A stretch of DNA of 64,000 nucleotides from assembly GCA_976226885.1 (NCBI GenBank), contig OZ320317.1, forward strand, positions 61,256,001-61,320,000. Reading direction: 5' to 3'. Positions 26,279 through 38,830 of the stretch are shown here, in pieces. Below the pieces are notes generated by a model. That model was given only the letters and a program-made list of their open reading frames with translations. It had not been told where the DNA came from and did no database searches. The translations under genes and the position numbers were made by a program. Positions within the stretch are counted from its first letter, which is position 1, and every line of letters starts with the position of its first letter. This DNA is from Iphione sp. A-MEVVRFRX5 (lineage: Eukaryota).

Positions 26279-27634
26279 ACAGCGTCATGAAGTAGACCCC
26301 TTAAGCAGTGTCTGTGGGCGGATCGGAATGGCCCCATCACAACAGTCAAATTGCTTGGCTGCACAACTTAAAGCAGAAACAAAAATCTTTCCGTCTTTCA
26401 TATTCGCTTCCAGCCGCTACACTTGACGTCCACGGGCTGCCTTTTAGTGACAAGTCACACACCTCCACGTGGAGAGTGGCGGTCTCCTTTCAAATACTCT
26501 CGAGGTGACGGTGACATGAATTTAAGGATATGATCAGCGGGGTGACCTTTAGGAGGGCTTACGCGATGCCCTTGTCCTAAATTCTTTGAACCTCCTTCGC
26601 TCATAGGTCCTTCGCGGAGGGGATGCGCGACTGTCGCATTATTACATGATGGGTGGTTAAAAATTTCCATTTCAGGAGTTTAATAAAGAAAGCGATGATC
26701 TCTGATGTGGCCGCATTATTTGACTCGCCATGTACATGCAAATTTAGCATGAAAGCCCGGAATAATCCGCTTTGTTCTACTAGCAAAGACAAACTATCTC
26801 ATTATTCATAATATTTTAGGAAAATGAAATATTAGCAGAATGATATCAGTGTTGGTGTTAAATCAAAATGGAAACAGAATGGCAGATTTTGGACGAGACC
26901 CCTTCACTGCAAGAACCTTCCATCACACTCTTGTGGGTCATATAATTACAAAATTTTTTCGGCAAAATGAACTCATTTTGATATATGATATTAATGTATA
27001 TAGATCCATGTCACTGGGTAATTTTGGTAGTACTTTAGGTTTTCTAAAGGTGACATTATATTGATTTAGTCATTTGGTAACACACCCACAAACATACATA
27101 TCTTGTTTTGGGATTTCTAGGTCTGACAATGTATCCCCTCTACAAACGCCACCTCGTAGCAGTCGGCCAAGAGAATCAAGCATGAAATGGCCACTTGACA
27201 GTCGGGGACAATAACTCTACCTTCTTTTTACATTGGGCACTTGCTTCTGGCTTATTCTGGTATAATTTGAAGTCATTCAAATAACAGAACAAGAAAATGT
27301 TTTCTCAGTAAGACCATCAAGTGCCAATCAATGTGGTTGTAGAGAGAGATGGGAAGTTGATGGCGGGGACAATAGCCCTCACAGGCCCACACTCTTGTTA
27401 GATTGGGAGAGTTCTCAATATTCACATCTGCGTGAGCATGTTCAGGCAATGGGAACTGTGGTAATATACTAGGTTATAATATACAAGCCTGCAGATCGGC
27501 TCTATTGGTATACAACAGTGAATATGGTGTCAACTGTTCATGGTTTTACAGCCGTGAAAACAAGGTACACACGAAAATGTGTCTAAGGAAAGAAAGGATT
27601 TCCCCGTCAGAAGGAAATGCATTGCTATACATGT

Positions 27635-27727
27635 CAATATGAAAGGACCCTCTCTCTAAGGGCCATCTCTTATACAAACCACTTTTGATCAAGAACAGGT
27701 CATGGTCTTCGTAGAGAGGTATCATTG
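27635..27727. mobile_element. Short decayed pogo/Tigger-like MITE
   Basis: Left caatatgaaaggaccctctctctaagggcca versus reverse complement of the right end caatgataacctctctacgaagacca; TA follows the right end. Confidence 0.4.
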
Positions 27728-29510
27728 TAGTAAAGCTGGTTGTTTGCGGGCCATCTCCCAGTGACTATGTCGCTTCAAGATAACATGCTGCGGTCTGTCC
27801 AACGTTCTGTCGTCAACCACACTGATGTGATGGGTTCCATGTGCCCCACTGCACCGCGCACCTGTGAGCAGCAGCCGATGAATTGGGAACTCCCTCTCCG
27901 GGTAACGGCAGGTAACGTCGCGAGCTGACATGTTAGAATACGTCCACGTCCCTCAGCACCGCCTGGTGGTGGCCGGCCGAGTCTCCCGTCCTGCCTACTT
28001 ATATTAGCAGGACTAAAACACTGCGGATAACGACAGGCGATTCCATGGCAACAAAAGGAAGGCGGTAGCTTGTGATCTGTAGCGTGGGATAAATCACTCT
28101 GTGATATCATTTATATGCAAATGAGTCGTCGCCGTAAATGGTAGGCGTGACTACATGGGTGGTCCCCCTGGGGAATGGCGGCAGTTGATGCTTAATAGGA
28201 GAGTGGCGGCACGCCAGCCTCCGTCGGTGGTTGATACGGTTTGAGGGATACTCCTAGGTAAATCGTTTTATAAACTTTCTCCTCCCAGGTCTGCAGGCTA
28301 AAGTTAACGAGTTCGGGAGAGTCATTTGAGACATTACATTAGAATTCAGCATCTTTACCTTGAATCGTTACTAAGAACGATTTGAAAACTCGAGCGGCTG
28401 AGCTGATTTGAAGAGCCATATCATTCTCATTATTTTCTTTTCGCATAACAACAATATTACATAGAATGATTGCATTAGTTGAAAACGTGTCCATATGCAT
28501 TATCCGCGACATACTTCACTGTGTGTCGAGGTGCGCCTGCGTTTGTTGTGTGTGAGTGTGATATGGATTCGGGAAGGATTTAGAAGTTACTGTGCCATAT
28601 TTGCGATTGACAAGGCCATGCTTATGGCACCTCAAGAGTAGACGTTTCATTGCTTCTGCCATGGCACCAGCTCTGTCAAATAACTATTTGGCTTGTGTAT
28701 GTGGACCGGGGCCTCAGGAACTCATACTGTCACTCCCCGGGACGCTCGTATACTACGAGGACGACCCCTTGCTGAATATTAAGGAGCTACTTGACAGGAG
28801 GTGACCCAGCCCCATTTGTCTCCCAACCTAATACACTGACTTCGAAGGCTTCATTCTGAGTCTTACTGGTCATTTGGGGACCATACATCTCAGCCACGTG
28901 GTCCGCTACTATCTAGTCCATCAATTATTCAGCACAGATCACAAAGTCATCTTTTAAAATCTCCACGTGTTGTTTTCATCGCCGTTTACTGATTGACTAT
29001 ACTTGTGGTGTGAATTTGTCACCCATGGAAGTGTTCCTCCTTTGGTAATCTATTCAGGCCAGTGGGGGACAATAGATACAATATCTGAGATGCTAAGACA
29101 AACAACGAGTGCGATGGCGTTTTCTTTTATCTTAGTTTTTTTCTTGCTAGTGAAATCAGCGTAGATCTAATTCATCCTTCAGCTCAGCAATATCGATGAC
29201 CATTTCCCATTTTAATAGGCTGGCTTTCCATGCATCCAGATTATCTTTCTGCACCATGCATGTGGAGATGCATAAAACACGATCCTATTACTCACAACAG
29301 GACTAGTTCCATGTGTGCATGGTGCATGGTGCATAGTGCAGAGAGGTGCATAGGCCGAAAACAGCCCTGGGCCATGAATTTCTCTGCACCACGCACGTGC
29401 ACAGACACGTAGGATAGGGCAATAAAGCTTATAAAGAAGGAAAAACACTGTCTAACATGTTAGATGTTGTGAAATATTTTTCATTTGCATATTATTTGCA
29501 TATAAACTAG

Positions 29511-29638
29511 ACAATTTCCACCAATATGCCTCAATCTCCATGAAAAACTGCACAATTTCTACCAATATGCCTCAATCTCCACAAAAAATGCACAATTTCC
29601 ATCGATATGCCTCAATCTCCATGAAAAATCGCACAGTT
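29511..29638. repeat. Minisatellite, 3 copies of a 40-41 bp unit
   Basis: acaatttccaccaatatgcctcaatctccatgaaaaactgc with variants, read directly. Confidence 0.9.
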
Positions 29639-31584
29639 TACACATACACACACATCCTGTCCCATACTTACATACTTCTCCAGAGGAGAAGGAGTGCGGA
29701 AAATCGGCCCATGCAGAAAAATATAAACACACATGGAAAGCTGGCCTTAGTGATGGAACCAATGAGTTAATGTGTTTTTTTTTCAGCGCTATCTGCTTAT
29801 CATACGTATATATTATAAATATACTGTGATTTACTTCATATATATTCTTATGCCTTTAACCTGCGTGGAGAATGTCTATTTGGGTTGTGCTGGATGTGCA
29901 GATCTAACCTAGGGTTCAGTTCTTACAACTATGCACAGTCTATTAGTTAGAATGCTGAATGTGCGTGCTCCATGCTATATATTTGTTCCTTTAGCGATCT
30001 GGATATTCTGTAGTTTGGTATATATATATTATGAAGATATATGTTTATAAAAGCATTTCAGTGTGCACGCCTTTGCTCGGGCTTAAGGTTGTGATCCTCA
30101 GTCCCAAGTTTAGTATCAGGTCCACTGCATATAATCTACCAGTGTTTTAGCCATATGGAATAATCTGGATAGAAAAAATACACAAGACGTGGTTGTGAAA
30201 CTTCAGATTGATGAGTATACATGTAAAGTAATATACGTGAACTGGTAAGCCGCTCTTCATTGCCGGGAGCGTGCCCCTCGGACATCTTCCTCGCCTTCCT
30301 GACCTATCGTCTGAGATTAGATTTCAGGCCTAAATCCTTGAGCTCCCACCGGGCAAGTCACTAATCCATCTTGCTTGTTTTTCCCATTAGGACCGATGCA
30401 ATTAAGCTGGATGATAAATCGTGCAAAATTCCATCTCCGTAATGCGCTACGTCAGAATATTACGAGCCAGTAAATGTAGGCTCCATCGCTAGCTAAGAGA
30501 CTTCTTGTGAGGAGGAAGACGTGGTTCCAATCTCGTCCATTTGAATTCTATCAGTGACGTGTAGAACAGACATCACGTTGACGTATAGACTTCTGCGTGG
30601 GGTTGGTTGGCGGTGGGGATGGAATCAATCTTATTGGTAATGAAGGATTGATATGCTCGCCATATTTCCAACGGCGATGTGTGGGGGTGGGGGAGGGCGT
30701 TTGATGAGGAGGGGGAGGAGGTGTACTGCCTTCATCTCCTGCCGCTTCTAAAAGATTCTAGTCAGCTCCGAGCTAATAACTGTCTGTCGCGATAGTCCCA
30801 TCTCCTTTAACATCGCTTTATAAATTGCAAACGCAAACCTGGCCATCAAATTACTATAGCGGGAACATTAGTGTCTGTCACTGGCAATTCCCATTTACGT
30901 ATCAGGAGCCAGACCGTCCAGCGAAGACCGTGGAGGCGGTTGATGGGGAGGAGGAGGAGGAGTGGGTCTTGAGAAGCAATTCAGTAGATGCCCGCTGTCC
31001 CAACAAAACACCCTTGCAGACTGCGTGCTAATGCCAGCATTGGGCTAGGTGCCACAATCAGTTTTACTGCTGCCCAGTGCTCGCTTGCTACACAAGAGAG
31101 TCCTAATTGCCCACAGCACCACGAGGCCGCCCTGTCACGGCTCTTTGTAAGGAGAACCTGGACGGCCAAGACAGCGTTGTCACTCATTTTACATCCACAA
31201 TGCCTCTACTGAGGGAGAACCATTGAACACAGGATGCGCGTAAGGGGGCTAGGTGTGGAATTGATGGACAGTTGCGTGATATGTTCCAGTTGGTATGGTG
31301 CACTTTGCAATTCAGGAAAGTGCTTTCGATCATATTATCGCGGTGCCTTAACATATCCAATTCCTTTATCTAGTTTCCTTCTTGTTCAGTGCTTTACTGT
31401 ACGTCTGTTAAGGTGGATGGTATTGTAGACAACCTCAGAAAGGCGTTAGAAGCAGGAACGATTGAGAGGGAAGACCTCTTTGTTGTGCTGAATAAAAACA
31501 AAAAAAGAGAAAGAAACAGTGATCGTTCACTCGTACGTACATGTAGAGATTGAGCTGCCTATGAGGTAATAAGGCAGATGGAGA

Positions 31585-33351
31585 ACATTATGCGTACATG
31601 TTGACAGATAGGGATACTATGAAGTATTGAGACAGATACGCAGCCAGACAACACATATTTGTGAATCTTGCCGGGTGGGGCTCAAACAACACTAAGAAAC
31701 GAATGGTCTGCGACTGAGTGAGAACAAATGTGGATACTTGACAGTGAAGTCTGCCAGGGAGATTGATCTGGATCTGACGTTGAATGGAGTGAAGATGAGT
31801 AAGCACACGACTATCTCTCTCCTAGGTTATGATGTTGATGACAGACTTAGATTCGAGGATAGTATCAAGAAGGTCAAAGCCAAAATGTGGAGGGCTGCAA
31901 TTCAAATAGGCAGGGTGCGCTGTCTCCTCCCGCTGAAAGCGAGGAAACATTTATTTGGAGCACTGGTGATACCTCATCTGAGATACGCAAGTATCCTCTA
32001 TTATGGATGCTCGGAGGCAGTAAAGATCAATCTCCAATTGCATTTAAATCAATGCGCCCGTGTAGCAATTCAATGTGGACAGTTTTTGTCAGCACGAAGG
32101 CTTGAGGACATATTGGGCCTTCCAAGAGTGCGGGATTTGATTGAGGAGAAGGGGATACAGGCAATACACAGACAGATTATGAGTGGGTTGCTTCGGAGAC
32201 AAAAGGGGGGGAGAACGCGGCGCAGCAGCACAACGTGTGGGGTGTTGTCAAAGCCGAAATCAACATGGTACCGCAGGGGTCTGTTCTATGAGGGTATACG
32301 TAGATGGAATGGGCTGTCTCAGGAACTGAGGGAGAAGCAGTTGCCACCTAGGCTAGGAAAGAGCAGGTCATACAACAGGGGGAGAGGATTGAGGGTTCCA
32401 GATAGCTGATCCTTTGAGGGTCTGAGGAAAGAGTAAAATCCACCCAAGAACACATAGGATCGGGCAATACTCTAAGGTGCGAGCTTGAAGAAGGTGGCAC
32501 AGCAATCATCAATGCAAGTAACAGGGCAACAGGAGTATGATGACGTATATGACTGGCTCGGATTAGTATTATGGTAGTGATGGGGGAAGACTTCTGGATA
32601 AGTAATACGGTCGGTCGGGAAAGGTGGGCTTTAATAGTGCACATGGAAGCGACCTATCAGATTCGTAAGGGGACAGACTTGTAAGGGGGCAGACCAAGTG
32701 GTTAGAATTATGCTGGCGTGTGACTGGGACACACAGAAAGAATATTTTAGTGTCACATGCCGGAGGGAGTGACTCAGATCAGTGAACTAGGGATTGTCTA
32801 TATGTGCCCAAAGGGGAGGGTGGTAAGCGACGCTATCGGTATACACCTACATCGTCTGATTCATGTAGGGGGGTGGGGGGGCTAAGGGGACGTGGGAATG
32901 GTATAAGGGCGGCCAGTGAGAACTGTGCACTCCGTCATGTTGATTATCAATTGTACATATAGTGGAAATCCGGTTAGGAACAGTAGACTAAAAGTACATG
33001 CTTATCTCAATGTATACGAAAGTGAATATGTACATAAACAGTGTAATTGATTTATATCATACTCACACGGACAACGTCCGGTAGGAAATTGAAGATGACC
33101 TGCTGACATCAGGGTGCTATCTTATAGTTGGGTTATCTATGAGGTGAGGAAGACATTGTTGATAACGAAACACTATTGATTGTTGTTAGCCATTTATTGT
33201 TGTTACCAAACCATTGTATTTGTCCCAAAAGGAGTTAAACTGCAATTCTCAATTAATATGCTCATGTTCTATATTGATCGCGGATAACTTTGTATGATTG
33301 TGTACGAAGATGGATCAATAAACAAAATTTGAATTTGAATTTGAATTTGAA
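31585..33351 (+). mobile_element. 5'-truncated LINE of the same clade as element B, element A
   Basis: ORF 31738-32409 aligns ungapped to the C-terminal ORF of element B (about 71/142 identical by hand count). NGLRLSENKCGYLTV lies upstream, followed by a G-rich 3' UTR, AATAAA at 33317 and a (TTTGAA)4 tail at 33328-33351. The 5' boundary is approximate. Confidence 0.9.
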
Positions 33352-33384
33352 ACGGACAGACACACACACAGACCATACACACGC

Positions 33385-35873
33385 ACGGTGACAGGTAGAG
33401 AATCCGTCATATATTGTCATTGATGGATTGCAGTGAGATAAGGAGACAGATGGATGACAAGAGGAAAGTGAAAAAGATGGTCTGGGGCAGTGGGCTGCAC
33501 TTAGAGCTGCAAGTCTTGGAGTTGATAGCTGACCGGAAATATTTCTTCCGTAAATGGAAGACTACAGGGTGTGAAGATGCAAAACGCATATTCAAACATC
33601 TGAATGTTGTGGTCAATCGCAACATTAAGGCGTCAACCAAGAGGTACTGGTGTGATGAGTTGCATCGTGCGGAGGGCAACGCAGCCAAAACATGGCTGGT
33701 GCTGAATCGTGTGTTGGGCAGAGCCAGCACAGGTATGACGCTGCCATGCAACGAGAGTGAGGACGATCAAGGACAGTCCTTAGCAGAGAGATTTAACAAC
33801 AAATTCATTGAGGACGTTGAAACACTCGTCAGTAACGTGCAGCCTATGGTGATGCATCCTCCGCCAGCCACGGAGAGGTTTGAGCTACCAATCCCGACTC
33901 CTGTTGAGTTGTGCCCGATCGTACAAAAGCAGAATGTAAGAAAGGCCTCAGGGGTGGAGGGAATCCCAATGAGGATCCTAAAGCCTCTGCTGCTCCTGAA
34001 TCTTGACCTTCTAGCCAGTATTTTTGCGAAAATCACGAAAAGTAACAACTATCGGGACAAATGGAAGGTGGCCCGGGTCACCCCCCTGTACAAAAAGGGC
34101 GATAGTAATGACTTAAAGAACTATCGCCCGATGTCCATACTTCCTGTCCAAGGCAAGATCTTTGAGGCATGGGCGATGAAACATCTCATGAGCTGCCTTG
34201 AAAGCCGGAACTTTCTGAGCTCACATCAGCACGGATTTCGTTCCAATAGGAGCACAGAAACCGCAATTGTCAACGTCGTGAGTGCACTACTCGAAGCCAA
34301 CAATGATGGTATGTATTGCTGCCTCACGACGTTCGACCTTCAAAAGGCCTTTGATCTAGTGCCATCGGAGCTAGTCATTAGAAGGCTTGAGATGGCAGGA
34401 GCGGGTATCAAACTCAGAAACCTGATTACGAGCTACTTTAGTGGGCGGCAGCAGTATGTGCGTTGCAAAGGGACCTGCTCGAGGTGCCGGCCGGTCCGTC
34501 ACGGAGTGCCGCAGGGCTCGGTGATCGGGCCCAACGCATTCAGCTTAGTGGTTGACGACATCCTACGAGTGATTCCTGAAGGGCGCACGCAGTATTATAT
34601 GCGGACGACCTTTCTGTAGTGACCAAGGCGACAGATTTGCTGCGCCTAAGGGGGTTGACACAGAGGATGATCTCGAACGTAGCTAAGTGGTGTGATGACA
34701 GTGGCCTTCGCCTGAGCGAGAGTAAATGTAGTTACACCACGGTCGGGAGAGCGAGCGGTATCCCGCTTGACTTAAAGATCAATGAGTCGCCAATGTTGTT
34801 GGTAAACAGCCCTAAATTACTCGGGTATCGTCTGGACGCCAGACTTCTGTTCAAAGAGGCGCAAAGAGAGGTTAAGTCCAAGATGTGGGTGGCAGCCTTA
34901 AAAGTTGGTAAGGCGAAGGCCCTGCTTCCTTTGGCAGTCCGCATTAGACTCTACAAGTCTCTAGTGTTGCCTCACTTGACGTACAGTGCTGTACTCTTCT
35001 ATGGGTGCAGCAAGGGGGATGTGGATAGACTGCAGGTGCATGCTAATCGATGCGCCCGGGTCTGCATCCAGAGACAGGGTTTCTTGTCCGCCAGAAGGTT
35101 ACATGATAACCTTGGTATCGAACGGGTATCTGACCTAATTGAACATCGAGCAATGTCTGCAGTTCACAGACAGGTGCAGCTGGGTCTGCTTCCTCTCGCG
35201 TCAAGCACCAGGACACGGGTGGGAAGTCGCAGAAGGATCAAAATCCCTAGGCCCAAAAGCAAATCATTCACTCGCAGCATACGCTACAAAGCAGCTTGTG
35301 AGTGGAACGGTCTGCCGGACTGGCTAACCTGTTTGCCTAAACCAAACCTTAAGGCATGGTTGAGAGGGGGAAGACAGGCCGCCGGTGCGGTTGCGGGGTA
35401 ACGACGAGGGAGAAAGGGGTTGAAGCTGGGTGGTATGGGTTGTGCCAACAGGTTACTTCTTGAAGTTGAGTGATAATGTCGCTAGTAGGCATAGTAATGG
35501 TGCTATGGTCATGAACTGTAAAGATGTCAGTAGCCAACAATCACAAGTAATTAGGTAATCTTGCTGAATTTGCTATGAACAACTATTTCTTATTGCATTG
35601 ACCATATGTGAGTATATTACATACCCGGCTTTACACCGAATGTATAAGCTACCTACTACTTATACAATCACAGATGTGCCTATGCTGTTATGCTGCGGGG
35701 CACTACGGGTGAAAATAACTTGCTCTGCACTATACAATCCATTATTGTCATTGACACATTTCATCTTTCATGCCGTTCCTTCTACTTAAGAGGCCATGTT
35801 GTCGGCCGCATATTGACCAAGGAGAACTTTGATTGTAATCAGAGATTGGTGAATAAACACATTGAATTGAATT

Positions 35874-35876
<3 letters not shown>
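33385..35876 (+). mobile_element. 5'-truncated non-LTR retrotransposon (L2/CR1 superclade, Crack/Daphne-like), element B; RT with one frameshift
   Basis: ORFs 33414-34619 and 34619-35401 carry the RT motifs WKVARVTPLYKKG, NYRPMSILP, QHGFR, DLQKAFD and GVPQGSVIGP. YADD lies at 34598-34609, out of frame with the upstream ORF. C-terminal WNGLP, then AATAAA at 35852 and a (TTGAA)3 tail. No endonuclease domain. The 5' boundary is approximate. Confidence 0.95.

Positions 35877-35920
<44 letters not shown>
35877..35920. repeat. (GA)22 microsatellite abutting the LINE B tail
   Basis: Read directly. Confidence 0.98.
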
Positions 35921-35923
<3 letters not shown>

Positions 35924-38269
35924 TGCAAAGATGCTGATGGGTAAGGCTGCTATCAAACAAGGATGAAAAAGATAGAAACTATTTGCTTACATGCTGATGG
36001 ATGGGACTGCTGTGCCTGTCGTTCCCACCAGGTAGACAGGGCGTCAATTCAGCACCCATGGCTGCTCTCGGTGAAAGGTAATTATCATCTATGCATGTTT
36101 TGTGAACGGCAGGCTGATGTGGTTCTTCAACTTGATTCCCTCAGTTGGGCCCGGTGAAGGTCTCACGGGGCTCCCTTTTAGCTGACCGCATCCAACGAAG
36201 AAAGTGGAAGTGAAAGGGTTTTTGTGTTGGTGGCCTCGCTGAGTCAACCAGTGGTAGAAGATTGGCTTTGGATGGGGGCGGCCGACGTGAAAGGCAACTT
36301 GCGTCGGTCTTACGAATGGATGTCGTCGGAACCTTCAGACAAGTTTCTCTATTTTTTACTCTTATCCGGATGTTTTCTCTGATCAGCCTATCGGCCTCCT
36401 GCTTGTCCACATGCCTCTCTATTTTGTGGTTATGTGACCAAAAAATCTGTATTTCTTCAGTGACTACCCTATCTCATTCATTTATCCCCATTCTATCCAT
36501 TTCTTTGATATTTAATTTCCCATCGTTTGTTTTATATTTTGTCAATTCATAAAAATATTATTAGGCCATTTACGCTTACAGCTTTTCAGACTTGCTTTTC
36601 CTCTCTTCTACATTCTCCTTTGTACAAGTTCCAGACATCAACCAAGTGCTACCGCAAGACTTTCAGCACGTAGTGAAAGAGTTGACCAGTGTGTTTTCAA
36701 TTAACAGCGACCCTCATTTAGCCAGCACATGGCACTCCGTGACAGCAGGCAACACCTTACAGTCACAAGGTCCCTCCTTAGTGTTTAGAAGTGCTACGTC
36801 TGTCCCCACAGACTTAAGCTTGATTGTCAGTGCCGAGCAGGAGACAGTAGGCAGTTTAGAAAGGGCAGTATTGCCTTCCCTGAACGAGCAGACAAGCGCC
36901 ACCGCCGCCTCTCACATTCTCTCTCAAAGTGAATATCTAGGAGAGAAGAGGTGCTTCGGACCCAAAGTTTACATTGGGCCACCCGTCTCTCCGGAGCCAG
37001 CAGAATTGCTTTAAGACACTTGCATCCGCTTAGACTTAGGAACAGTTGGGGTAGATAAAGGAAACACTTCAGAGAGGGAGATTTCTTAATCCGTCAAGCT
37101 ACAGCCGTCCACTACCATGGTCATTACCCGTTTGTTACCGAAGACGATGGTTTCCCTCCTGACGTTATCGCTCGTTTGGTTCCAACGCAGCCCAGACGTA
37201 ATAATGTAGCGGCTACAACACAGCTGATTGGGTTAACCACTCGCTGGGTGATATACTTACCTGGGAAATGTCTTCCTCTTCTCCCTCTAGCAACTGCTTA
37301 GAGGCAATTCCTGGGAGCTGTAGGGTATTTGTTTTTAAGGCCAGAGGGTTGTGACTGGAGGATCGGGTACGAGGTTTCAAGGACCCACCGACTTTGTATG
37401 CTAACAAATTTTGTTATTCTTAGTGACATGCTAAGGTAGCGAAGTGCTTAACCCACTGCCGCTAGTGCTTCTTAAATGTGTGCCATTCACGACAGGAGGC
37501 TACATTATCGATTAAAAGGTACAATCCACCAAAAGATTCGGGGCAATGGAAACCCGAGTGAAGGGAAACAACGTAAGATCGTGCCTGCAAATTACAGCTT
37601 TCACTTCAGATAGCTACCATCAAGACAAAAATGAGCAAAATCAACGAGCATTTTAATTTCCTATCAATAGATGTCCTTCCCCACCTCCTCCACTTAAATT
37701 ACAGTAGTCAAATATCAGCCAATTTGCAGGATCGGGAAGTCATCTTGGAAGGTATCTGTGTACTCTTATCAGCGGGGCGTGTTTAGTCTACACCAGTAAT
37801 GCAATCTCATCGCGCCTTATATTTCGCACTCCTGATAGAAGGGAATGTTATGACTGATGAGTGGCATTATGTAATACATCAGAGCAAGATGTAGGGGTTC
37901 AGTATTGTAGTGTTCTAGGATTGCCAGACAGTCCTCTCCGTCCTAGTTAAGCGACTTTCCTCCCGTCACCACCTACACCGTTGCTGATGGAAGAAATGGA
38001 ATACAAAAATAAAACTGATGGGGCGACGCGTGTGTTCAAATACGGCTCTACGTACTCATGCATACTATAAGCGTCCAATCACAGTCACCATTAAGAACTG
38101 ATCTAAAAGTCCATCGGCAGGCCCAGCTGGCTAAATGACACCATCTACACCCGTCGCTGTCGCATCCCGGAGGGAGTTTTACCATCGTGGGCCTGGATCA
38201 TATAGGTTTAATAACAGGTCTAACAACACCGCTAGAGCTGTAGAAATTAACCTGTGGTGATGACAAGAA

Positions 38270-38830
38270 AACTTGCTCGTCTCGTTCTACTTTAGATGAC
38301 TTATACGAATGGGAAATCCAGGCCTCATAAAACTTTATCATCTCTTTCTAAACAAGCCTTTCGTTTTCCATCATATCCTGCATCATACCTTTATCCTAGT
38401 CGGTTTTTACCCTGATTGCCAGAGACTGTGGGGCACCACTTTGAATGTAATATTCGCATGTCGTTGGTGCTTGTCATATTTCATAATATTTTTTCTATTC
38501 TGTATCAAAGACAAAGGGTTTCGTTGATAGAACAAGGCGCCCTCATACAGTCTACAAAGGCTGGATTGAGTTTGGAGAAAGGACCTGTACTAGTTATTTT
38601 TACGATTAAAGAAAAATTGTATGGTGTGCAGTTCTTCATGACTTATTCTGTCTGGTGTTTAGTTTCTCTTAAGTAATTTGCATTGTATATTTCTTTTCAG
38701 GAGTTATTTTGTATCTTGTATAGTTCATGAAGGAATGTTCGTTAAATGATAGATAAATGTCCACATAAATGCAGTAGAAGTAGACCACCACAAATTCCAG
38801 GCCAACGTTCGTCTTTAAGAGGTAGTTGTA
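38270..38830 (-). mobile_element. Possible decayed AT-rich LINE fragment
   Basis: CIYVDIYLSFNEH at about 38734-38770 resembles LG(I/V)xIDxxLSFxEH; many stops downstream. Confidence 0.3.

Noticed and set aside
37255-37263. Perfect CAG|GTAAGT donor on the minus strand (a similar CTG|GTAAGT at 60089-60097)
   Set aside because: A 9-mer of this kind is expected by chance in 128 kb, and no partner exon or homology supports an antisense gene.
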